Source: Bacteroidales bacterium UBA5515
GTDB taxonomy: Bacteria; Bacteroidota; Bacteroidia; Bacteroidales; P3
NCBI GenBank assembly: GCA_002423895.1
Contig: DIOL01000035.1
Coordinates: 2,161 to 66,160 of the forward strand
Direction of reading: 5' to 3'
DNA length: 64,000 nt
Shown in pieces: positions 27,082 to 34,912 of the stretch; positions within the stretch are counted from its first letter, which is position 1, and each line of letters starts with the position of its first letter. Made by a program: the position numbers and the translations under genes. Under the pieces are notes generated by a model. The model was not told where the DNA came from. It saw nothing but the letters and a program-made list of their open reading frames with translations, and did no database searches.

Positions 27082-27627
27082 ATGAAAAAAATAGCAATAA
27101 TAATATTTTCAATCATTGGTATTTCAGGTTGTTATATGATTTACCCACTTGAGAACGAATCTCGAAATGTTTTTGATTTAGATGATTATACTGAGACAAA
27201 ATACGAAGTATCGTTGCAATTTGGTATAAATAGTTGGATGACTCCTGACGAGAATTATGGTAAATACTCTGATACACTAGATAGATTAAAATATATATTT
27301 AGTATACCTTGTCCAGAACTTCCTTTAGTAAAGCTAAATTCATTTACTTTTACAAGGCAAAAAGACAAGGATACAATCCCAACCATATTTTATGTATGGG
27401 GAGGAAAGGGGGAGACATTATTGATTGATAGCTTGCCTGTTAGTTTTGATAATAAAATAAAAGAAAAGATTCAATCTTTTTCAATTATTGCTGAGAGTAA
27501 TGCTCCATTTCGTGATATAGATAGTGTTTATATAAATTACAATATACAAGTAGGGAAGGATACAATTATAAAAAGTATTTTTTATAAACGAACTCTACGA
27601 AATGGATCAAAGTGGTTAATGTGGTAA
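27082..27627 (+). CDS. Lipoprotein, unknown function (island cassette 3)
   Basis: Lipobox GISGC. Followed by the second copy of repeat X. Confidence 0.55.
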   Translation: MKKIAIIIFSIIGISGCYMIYPLENESRNVFDLDDYTETKYEVSLQFGINSWMTPDENYGKYSDTLDRLKYIFSIPCPELPLVKLNSFTFTRQKDKDTIPTIFYVWGGKGETLLIDSLPVSFDNKIKEKIQSFSIIAESNAPFRDIDSVYINYNIQVGKDTIIKSIFYKRTLRNGSKWLMW

Positions 27628-27632
27628 TTGAT

Positions 27633-27717
27633 TAATGCATCAGAAAAGGAGCCTTATTTAGTGAAGAGTTAAAAACTAAAAGTGAAAAGTGATGGAAAAA
27701 CAACGGATTACAAATCC
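27633..27717 (+). repeat. Inter-cassette repeat X, copy 2
   Basis: TAATGCATCAGAAAAGGAGCCTTATTTAGTGAAGAGTTAAAAACTAAAAGT...GGATTACAAATCC, starting 6 nt after the stop of cassette 3. Confidence 0.8.
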
Positions 27718-27737
27718 TGCAGATGAAAATAGTACTG

Positions 27738-29225
27738 CTATAATAGTTTTTTAATCGCATTTATTGTTTCTATTGTTTTTAGTTTAAGTTCTGGATCTAC
27801 ATTAGCTTGTTCAATCATCATTAGACAACTATCAATCTTCTCTATTGTATCAGCATTTGATAATTTAATCTTCTCGAGTTCAGTACTATTAACAACACTA
27901 ATAGAATTAGTATTCAAATTAATCAACTCTGGAAGTATTTTTAACAATTTCATAGCTTTATTCATTTCAATCAAGGGATTAGTCTTAACTAAAGCATTGA
28001 ATAATGTGAGAGTATTATCTCTATCTTTAAACCTATAATGAACAGAACACTCTCTTAACTGCATATTGTTAATATCATCACTTACTGCTAATTCTTTTAA
28101 CTCTCTTTCAATTTTAACTAATAAATCTGTCAAGTTTTTATCAGTTGAAGATATTAAAATTGAATATATATTTTGTTTCCAGAATGATTTAGATTGTTCA
28201 ATATCTGTATATCCATAAATGTGTTTAAATCCCTCATACACTATGATATTAATACGCCTTAGATTTAATTGTTTTTCAAAGTAATACTCAGAACTTAAAT
28301 ATGCTCTTATTGCACTTGCTAAATCCAAATATATGAAATGGATATGAACACCTAAATAAATTGATTTAACAATAGTTTGAAGTCTTCCCTCAAAAGTTTC
28401 TCCTAACTTAAATTTATCTTGCACAATTTTAGTCTTTTTACAATTTGAGACAATGCTGTCTAAATTATTACTATATAAAGTTATTTGCGCACCAAGTTCA
28501 TTGAATAATTTATTGTTTCCATCAGGGAAATAATTAATCTTTTCCCTTACATCAATATTATAATTATCAGTTGAGTAAATAAGAGGTATTTGAAACTTTA
28601 AGATATACTTATGCAAGAAAGGCAATATGTCTTTTATTATCTTTAAAAAGGCATTTATTCTATTAGTTTCAGTATCTTCTCCTATTTGTATTAAAAAATC
28701 GTAAACTTTTTGAGGATATAAATCATAGTGAATGGAAAGATTTCGAGTATCTTTATCTGTTGATAGTGCATAACTATTCTCAAATTCTTTTGCTTGTTGT
28801 TCTATTTTATTAATATCCGTTAATAATTCTGAATCGTTTATTTCTTTAGCTAATATTTTAAATTTAGCCCATATTGCATTATCCTTATCTTTACCAAAAC
28901 CAAATAAATATTTATAGCCTTCTAACGTTATTACATTTATATATTTTAGATTAAAACGTTTTTCAGGAACTAACATTGTTCTAAAATTTGCCCTTAAAAA
29001 TGTACTTAAATCAAGATCCATAAGCAAAGAAAATACATAAAGTCTTATAAATATTTTCCACAATTTAAATTCTTTTATACATTTATACTCTTTTTCATCT
29101 ATATCTTCTAAGCTTTCTAATGAACTAACACAACTACACAATATAGGTACATATAATGAGAAGTTATTCCCCATATTTTCATATAATCTATGAATTGTTT
29201 CTTCGGATGCTGGTTTCTGTGTCAT
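27738..29225 (-). CDS. Internally duplicated protein with two Rx4H motifs (candidate double-HEPN RNase)
   Basis: Two homologous halves, aa 68-180 and aa 298-410. Each has NL+xINxIxxEGxK...W and ends in an Rx4H-Y motif: TRNLSIHY (R161-H166, nt 28728-28745) and LRECSVHY (R391-H396, nt 28038-28055). Confidence 0.55.
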   Translation of the reverse strand: MTQKPASEETIHRLYENMGNNFSLYVPILCSCVSSLESLEDIDEKEYKCIKEFKLWKIFIRLYVFSLLMDLDLSTFLRANFRTMLVPEKRFNLKYINVITLEGYKYLFGFGKDKDNAIWAKFKILAKEINDSELLTDINKIEQQAKEFENSYALSTDKDTRNLSIHYDLYPQKVYDFLIQIGEDTETNRINAFLKIIKDILPFLHKYILKFQIPLIYSTDNYNIDVREKINYFPDGNNKLFNELGAQITLYSNNLDSIVSNCKKTKIVQDKFKLGETFEGRLQTIVKSIYLGVHIHFIYLDLASAIRAYLSSEYYFEKQLNLRRINIIVYEGFKHIYGYTDIEQSKSFWKQNIYSILISSTDKNLTDLLVKIERELKELAVSDDINNMQLRECSVHYRFKDRDNTLTLFNALVKTNPLIEMNKAMKLLKILPELINLNTNSISVVNSTELEKIKLSNADTIEKIDSCLMMIEQANVDPELKLKTIETINAIKKLL

Positions 29226-29413
29226 TGTAATTATATTGCTTTAATAATTAATTCTATTGAGATAATATTCTATCCTATTTATTGTTTAACCTATTTTCTA
29301 TTCGGTTTTTTATAAGACTTTATAAGGGAGAAAATTGATATGCTTTTTCAATTTTATAGTAAGTGTGGTTTATAAAAGATAATATTAAATGAGAAAAATT
29401 AATTATCTTTTTG

Positions 29414-29421
29414 CAAAGATA
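29414..29421 (-). promoter_or_regulatory. -7 box (TATCTTTG on the minus strand) upstream of the double-Rx4H gene
   Basis: CAAAGATA on the plus strand. It implies a leader of about 180 nt. Confidence 0.4.
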
Positions 29422-29529
29422 AAAATAATAATGATATAATGATCACAAATCTAACATCGTATTCTGCCTCTTTCTATTTTTAACCATCTAAAACAAGCTT
29501 AAAATATGATACCTTATGATATTAAATTT

Positions 29530-29760
29530 AGACTTCTTGTTTTTGAAACGAGACTTCTTCTTTTTACTTTTAGACTTCTTGTTTGTAGTCAATAAGTCTG
29601 ACTTTTGTTATCAAAAAGTCTGACTTATTGGGTTGAAAAGTCTGACTTTTTATATTGAAAAGACTGACTTTTTAGGTAAGAAAGACTGACTTTTTGGGTA
29701 TAATAACTTCTTCTAAAAGTATAATAACTTCTTCTAAATGTAAAATTAGGAAGTTATTGT
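29530..29760. repeat. Phased array D: about 10 units in four sub-families, period 21-22 bp
   Basis: AGACTTCTTGTTT at 29530, 29551 and 29572. AAGTCTGACTT at 29594, 29616 and 29638. AAGACTGACTT at 29660 and 29682. ATAATAACTTCTTCTAAA at 29700 and 29721, with an inverted partner GGAAGTTATT at 29749. Confidence 0.85.
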
Positions 29761-29784
29761 TTGAAATAAACTAATCGTTTTTTT

Positions 29785-29840
29785 GTCGTGTGAGATTTCT
29801 TGCTGTGCAAAGCAATAAAGTCGATAATTAATCATGCACT
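29785..29840 (-). repeat. Inverted repeat R, right copy
   Basis: The reverse complement reads AGTGCATGATTAATTATCGACTTTATTGCTTTGCACAGCAAGAAATCTCACACGAC. Confidence 0.8.
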
Positions 29841-29858
29841 TCTTAATAAAAGCAATAA

Positions 29859-29952
29859 AAAGTTAACCAAGTTAATCAAGTTAATCAAAAATGAAAAGTA
29901 TTTCAGAATAGAAAATACAATACTTTTTAAAACAAGTTAACTTGGTTAACTT
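29859..29952. repeat. Nested palindrome between R(right) and P2
   Basis: Perfect 16-bp arms: AAGTTAACCAAGTTAA at 29860-29875 and TTAACTTGGTTAACTT at 29937-29952. They enclose a 9-bp inner inverted repeat, AAAAGTATT at 29894 and AATACTTTT at 29919. AAGTTAA is also repeated three times with a 9-bp period. Confidence 0.8.
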
Positions 29953-30059
29953 CATTAACTATTTTAAACAAGATTTAAAATGCAGTAATGTTTCAATCTA
30001 ATTTTCCCCCTGCAATTATCTTTTCTTCAATACCTATATAGCTAATATTTTATTGATTA

Positions 30060-30146
30060 ATTAATACTATTTTGAAAATATTTACTTATCTTTGACGAGC
30101 AATAATAAATATAAAGTTATTAATGAATAAGCATTGGATTGCAAAT
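30060..30146 (+). repeat. Promoter/leader module P2 (direct repeat of P1), upstream of the MFS-M20 operon
   Basis: See P1. The -7 box TAtcTTTG lies at 30086-30093. Confidence 0.8.
30086..30093 (+). promoter_or_regulatory. -7 box TAtcTTTG of the MFS-M20 operon (inside P2)
   Basis: TAnnTTTG consensus. Confidence 0.5.
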
Positions 30147-30251
30147 CACGTACAACGTAAAAGCAATGAAATTATTCACGACGTAAATCTAAATTTATTA
30201 AAATAACGATATAGAAAGATACAATAAATAAACAATTAAAAACTAATAATT

Positions 30252-31700
30252 ATGACAAACACAGTTCAGTACAAAGGGAATGACAAACTATTGTTTGGCA
30301 TTATTCTGGGAGTGTTAGCTTTTTGGCTATTTGCTCAAACCACATTAAATATCAATGTGGATATGGCGAAAGATTTAGGTATGGATACTTCGATGATGAA
30401 TATTGCCGTATCTATTACATCGCTGTTTTCTGGAATTTTTATTGTAGTATTTGGTGGGTTGGCTGATAAAATTGGTCGACTTAAAATGATTCGACTTGGT
30501 TTTTATTTCAGCATCATAGGTTCGCTATTGGTAGGGTTAACGCCTGTTGGTGGAGCATCAAGTCCAGTTTTGATTTTGGGAAGAATTTTTCAAGGACTTT
30601 CAGGTGCAGCCATTATGCCGTCAAGTTTAGCACTTGTTAAAGCATACTGGGAAGGAAAAGAACGCCAACGTGCCATTAGTCTTTGGTCAATGGGTTCATG
30701 GGGAGGTTCTGGTTTTGCAGCATTGTTTGGAGGTTTAATGGTTGGAATTGGTTGGAGATATATCTTTTTTACTGCAGTAATTATTTCAGTAATTGGACTA
30801 CTTTTGATTAAAGGGACACCTGAAAGTAAAGCAGAACCAACTGGAAATAAAAAAAGGGATTTTGCAGGTATTATTATTTTTATGTTAGCTATGATTGCAT
30901 TACAAGTTATAGTAACTAAAGGTTCTCAAATTGGATTCGCAAGTCCACTTGGTATTGTTCTAATTGCAGCAACAATTATTTTTGCATTTTTATTTTATAA
31001 AATTGAAAAAGGTAAAGACGGTGCATTTATCGACTTTAAACTGTTTAAAAATATGACTTTTACTGGTGCAACTATATCAAATTTTATGCTGAACGGAACT
31101 GCAGGAATATTGATTGTTTCGCTTGCTTTGTTGCAAATTGGTGGTAATCTTTCAGCACAAGAAGCAGGAATACTAACACTGGGCTATGCTATTTCAATTG
31201 TGGCATTTATTCGTGTAGGTGAAAAGCTGTTGCAACGTTTTGGTTCACGCAAACCAATGATTTGGGGCTCACTAATTGTCAGTGTGGCTATTATTCTGCT
31301 TATGTTCACCAATGTAATGACAGACACTTACAAAATTTTGGCTATGGTGGCTTATACGCTTTTTGGTATTGGCTTGGCTTTCTATGCCACTCCTTCTACT
31401 GATGCAGCACTTTCCAACTTGCCAGCATCACAAGCAGGTGCAGGTGCAGGTATTTATAAAATGGCTTCATCGCTTGGAGCAGCTTTTGGAGTAGCTATCC
31501 CTGCAGGTATATTTACTTCATTACGTGTTGGCGAACATATAACATGGCTTGAAGGTGTTATCACTTTTGTGGGAAGACAAGATAATCTGTCTGTACGTGA
31601 AGGAGCAACCATTGCTTTGGGTGTAAATCTGCTAATGGTTATATTTGCAATTATCATCATTATGATTACTATCCCAAAAACATCGGGAAAAGGTAAATAA
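30252..31700 (+). CDS. MFS transporter, 14-TMS DHA2 (EmrB/QacA-like) type
   Basis: About 14 hydrophobic segments and the GGLADKIGR motif between TM2 and TM3. Confidence 0.85.
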   Translation: MTNTVQYKGNDKLLFGIILGVLAFWLFAQTTLNINVDMAKDLGMDTSMMNIAVSITSLFSGIFIVVFGGLADKIGRLKMIRLGFYFSIIGSLLVGLTPVGGASSPVLILGRIFQGLSGAAIMPSSLALVKAYWEGKERQRAISLWSMGSWGGSGFAALFGGLMVGIGWRYIFFTAVIISVIGLLLIKGTPESKAEPTGNKKRDFAGIIIFMLAMIALQVIVTKGSQIGFASPLGIVLIAATIIFAFLFYKIEKGKDGAFIDFKLFKNMTFTGATISNFMLNGTAGILIVSLALLQIGGNLSAQEAGILTLGYAISIVAFIRVGEKLLQRFGSRKPMIWGSLIVSVAIILLMFTNVMTDTYKILAMVAYTLFGIGLAFYATPSTDAALSNLPASQAGAGAGIYKMASSLGAAFGVAIPAGIFTSLRVGEHITWLEGVITFVGRQDNLSVREGATIALGVNLLMVIFAIIIIMITIPKTSGKGK

Positions 31701-31736
31701 TAAATCACAATTCATTAATTAAAAAGTCGAGAAATT

Positions 31737-32900
31737 ATGAACGATAAATTATTATCAGAAGTTTCTAAACTTCAACCAGAGATGAAAGAATGGATGGATT
31801 TTATGCACCAAAATCCAGAGTTGAATATGGATACCCAAAATACAGCCAAATTTATTGCCGAAAAACTTAAATTGTGGGGTTATGATGTTGTTGAAGGTGT
31901 AGGAGGATCTGGAATTGTGGCATCATTAACCGTTGGGAAAGGAACAAAATCCATAGGACTACGAGCAGACTTTGATGCTTTGCCTATATTTGAAGACAAT
32001 GATTTACCTTATAAGAGCAAGGTAGAAGGTTGGTCGCATCTTTGCGGCCATGATGCACACGCAACAATGCTACTTGGCGCAGCTAAATACATGGCAGATA
32101 ACAAAAACTTTGATGGAACTATACGTTTAATTTTCCAACCAGGAGAAGAAACAATGGAAGGAGCTCCTGCAATGGTTAAAGATGGTCTTTTTGAACGTTT
32201 CCCAATGGATGCAGTTTATGGAATGCATAATATGCCAGGACTGCCTTTAGGGAAATTCTTTTTCCGAGAAGGAGAAACAATGGCGGCAGTTGATAACTGG
32301 GAGATAGAACTCACAGGAAAAGGCAGCCACGGTTCTATGCCTGAATTAAGTATAGACCCTCTGGTTTGTGGAGCGTCGTTGGTAATGGCACTTCAAACTA
32401 TTGTGAGTAGAAATGTATCACCATGGAAAAACTCAGTGGTAAACGTTGGCGCATTCCAATCTGGAATTGCAGGAAACGCTGTACCACAAAAGGCAATATT
32501 AGGATTAAGTATAAGAAATATGGAACCAGAGCTTCGCATAATGGTACTTGATAAAATCCGCATAATAACAAAAGCACAAGCCGAAGCTTTTAATTGTGGT
32601 TATGAAATTCGAGAAGGAGTTGCAGGTGCTGTATTGGTAAATACACCTGAAAACACTCAATGGGCATACAAAGTAGCACAAGATACCTTTGGCGAAGATA
32701 ATGCTGAGTACGGCATGCATCCATATATGGGCAGCGAAGATTTTGCTTTTATGCTTCAAAAGAAAGCAGGAACCTACTGCATGATTGGCAACGGTGATAC
32801 TTTTATGGTACACCATCCAAAATATGTTTTCAATCAAGATTTGCTGAGCCGTGGAGCAACCTATTGGGTAGCCCTTATAGAAAACTACTTAAAAAATTAA
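31737..32900 (+). CDS. M20D-family amidohydrolase (N-acyl-amino-acid / hippurate hydrolase-like)
   Basis: RADFDALP, HLCGHDAH, FQPGEE and SEDFAF motifs. Confidence 0.85.
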   Translation: MNDKLLSEVSKLQPEMKEWMDFMHQNPELNMDTQNTAKFIAEKLKLWGYDVVEGVGGSGIVASLTVGKGTKSIGLRADFDALPIFEDNDLPYKSKVEGWSHLCGHDAHATMLLGAAKYMADNKNFDGTIRLIFQPGEETMEGAPAMVKDGLFERFPMDAVYGMHNMPGLPLGKFFFREGETMAAVDNWEIELTGKGSHGSMPELSIDPLVCGASLVMALQTIVSRNVSPWKNSVVNVGAFQSGIAGNAVPQKAILGLSIRNMEPELRIMVLDKIRIITKAQAEAFNCGYEIREGVAGAVLVNTPENTQWAYKVAQDTFGEDNAEYGMHPYMGSEDFAFMLQKKAGTYCMIGNGDTFMVHHPKYVFNQDLLSRGATYWVALIENYLKN

Positions 32901-32952
32901 ATTAATATTGAATAGGTGTTGGATTATTTATCCTAATTATAGAAACATACTA

Positions 32953-33384
32953 ATGAAATATTTATATGTAATAATATTCTTTTTCCCATTTTTATGCAAC
33001 GCGCAAGATAAAGATTCAGTTACTCTAATTTTAAAGAACAATCAAAAAATAGATTATATACTTAATCCCTTTGTAAATACAATAGGATATGATAATGCTA
33101 AAACTACAATAAATGGAGATACGCTGATATTCAAAACATCATTCTTACTTGACGATACTATACTTTTTGATAATGGAACATTGGGATATAATTTTAGAAA
33201 AAATGTTCAGCCTAAAGAACGTGTGGGAAAAACTATATATATAAATCCATTACCATTTATTAGTAAAATTATTAAAGTTGAAATTAGGGATAATGATAAG
33301 GAGTATATTTACTATTTTAGGCATAAGAGAAAAAAAGTGTACACTTTCTATAAATTAGAAATAAGTAATAGTATTTCAGAATAG
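32953..33384 (+). CDS. Small secreted hypothetical protein
   Basis: The signal peptide MKYLYVIIFFFPFLCNAQ starts at the ATG at 32953. The track start is a TTG at 32908. Confidence 0.5.
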   Translation: MKYLYVIIFFFPFLCNAQDKDSVTLILKNNQKIDYILNPFVNTIGYDNAKTTINGDTLIFKTSFLLDDTILFDNGTLGYNFRKNVQPKERVGKTIYINPLPFISKIIKVEIRDNDKEYIYYFRHKRKKVYTFYKLEISNSISE

Positions 33385-33445
33385 ATTTTCGTTGTGTGGG
33401 ATTATGTATTTCAATATGAGATAAGAAAATGATAAAATATTTCTT

Positions 33446-34912
33446 TTAATCTTTAGTCCAAATTGATTTGGAGAACATTGCCAAGAATGAAAAAATTTCT
33501 AATCGTCCTATAATCATTAAAATCATTAATGTTATTTTAGAGCCATCGTTAAGAGTGTCGTAGGTTGTTTCTGGAGATATATAACCAACAACTGGTCCAA
33601 CATTACTTAAGTTTGAAACCGATAGGGCAATGGAAGGAAGGAAATCATTGCCTAAAAGGGTTAGGGTAAATGCTCCAAGAATAAAAATCATTAGATAAAG
33701 GAAAAAGAATCCGAAAACAAGTCCTGTTGCTTCTTCAACCAAGGCAACTTTATTATATCTTATTGGTAAAACTGCTCTTGGGTGAAACATTTGCTTGAAA
33801 GATTGTTGCAAATATTTGTAAAGTATGATTACTCTGATTATTTTTAATCCTGTGCATGATGAGCTGCTTGAACCTCCAATAAACATTAATATTATTATAA
33901 ACACAACTGCAAATAGTCCGAAGTCTTCTGCTTCTGGCATATAGTAACCTGTGGTTGATACAACTGAAACAATATGAAAAAGTGATGATTTTAAACTGAT
34001 AACAAAGTTATGATCGTGGAAAAAGAATAATGAAATGAAAAGAATTATTGTTCCAAAAAGAATTATTAGTGTGTAAATCTTTGTTTGCTCATCTTTAAAT
34101 AGTTTCTCTGCTTTGCCTTTAAATAGCCAATAAACTAAAACATAACTAATACCAGAAAGAAACATTAATCCCATTATCACATATTGAGTATAGGAAGAGA
34201 ATTGTCCAATATTGCCATTAACAGTTGTAAATCCTCCTGTTGAAATGGTTGAAAGGCTATGGCAAATAGCTGTAAAGGTATCCATATCTCCAAAAAAGAG
34301 CAGGATAAAAGCTAAAATGGTATAGCTGAAATAAATTAAAAAAATTCGAGATACTGTTTGTTTTATATGTGGATGAATTTTCTCTTTATCAATGGAAGTA
34401 AATTCAGCATTAAAAAGATAGTTTGAGCCGTTACGGAAGTTTTTCATAAACATTATAATAAATAATGTTATACCCAAACCTCCAATCCATTGTGTTAAAG
34501 CTCTCCATATTAAAACGCTCTTTGGTACGCTTTCTATATTATTGAGTATGGAAGAGCCAGTTGTTGTGAAACCAGAAAATGATTCAAATAATGCGTTAAT
34601 TGGACTTGTAAAGTATTGAGGAAGCAGTAAAAAAGGAACAGAAGCAGTTATTGGAGCGATACTCCATATTAATCCTACAACAGCTCGACCTTCTTTTTTA
34701 GTTAGACTTTGAGGATATTTTCTGTTTGCATACATTATTGAACCACCAATTACTAATGCAAAGATTAATGAAAAAGTAAAAACAATAAGAGTTGGTTCTT
34801 GAAAGATATAGGCAGTTACTATTGAGGGAATAAAACAAAAGCCAATAAAGCTTATTGTTAATCCCAAAATATAAAATAGAATTTTTGTGTTAAAACTTTT
34901 GGCAATTATCAT
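33446..34912 (-). CDS. trkH: Potassium uptake protein TrkH
   Basis: Multi-TM protein with repeated M1-P-M2 selectivity-like motifs (TTTGSS, STGGFT, STTGY). Abuts trkA. Confidence 0.85.
   Translation of the reverse strand: MIIAKSFNTKILFYILGLTISFIGFCFIPSIVTAYIFQEPTLIVFTFSLIFALVIGGSIMYANRKYPQSLTKKEGRAVVGLIWSIAPITASVPFLLLPQYFTSPINALFESFSGFTTTGSSILNNIESVPKSVLIWRALTQWIGGLGITLFIIMFMKNFRNGSNYLFNAEFTSIDKEKIHPHIKQTVSRIFLIYFSYTILAFILLFFGDMDTFTAICHSLSTISTGGFTTVNGNIGQFSSYTQYVIMGLMFLSGISYVLVYWLFKGKAEKLFKDEQTKIYTLIILFGTIILFISLFFFHDHNFVISLKSSLFHIVSVVSTTGYYMPEAEDFGLFAVVFIIILMFIGGSSSSSCTGLKIIRVIILYKYLQQSFKQMFHPRAVLPIRYNKVALVEEATGLVFGFFFLYLMIFILGAFTLTLLGNDFLPSIALSVSNLSNVGPVVGYISPETTYDTLNDGSKITLMILMIIGRLEIFSFLAMFSKSIWTKD

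Noticed and set aside
29530-29760. Possible CRISPR array next to the double-Rx4H gene. The same question applies to arrays A, B, C, E, F and G.
   Set aside because: The repeat period is only 21-23 bp, with 11-17 bp repeats and 7-8 bp spacers. Repeats within a locus occur in both orientations and no cas genes are present. This is incompatible with known CRISPR geometry.
25388-30146. Classical integron
   Set aside because: There is no intI gene or attI site, and the inter-cassette repeats lack the R''/L''-L'/R' GTTRRRY organisation as far as I can judge by eye. I report only a cassette-like resemblance.
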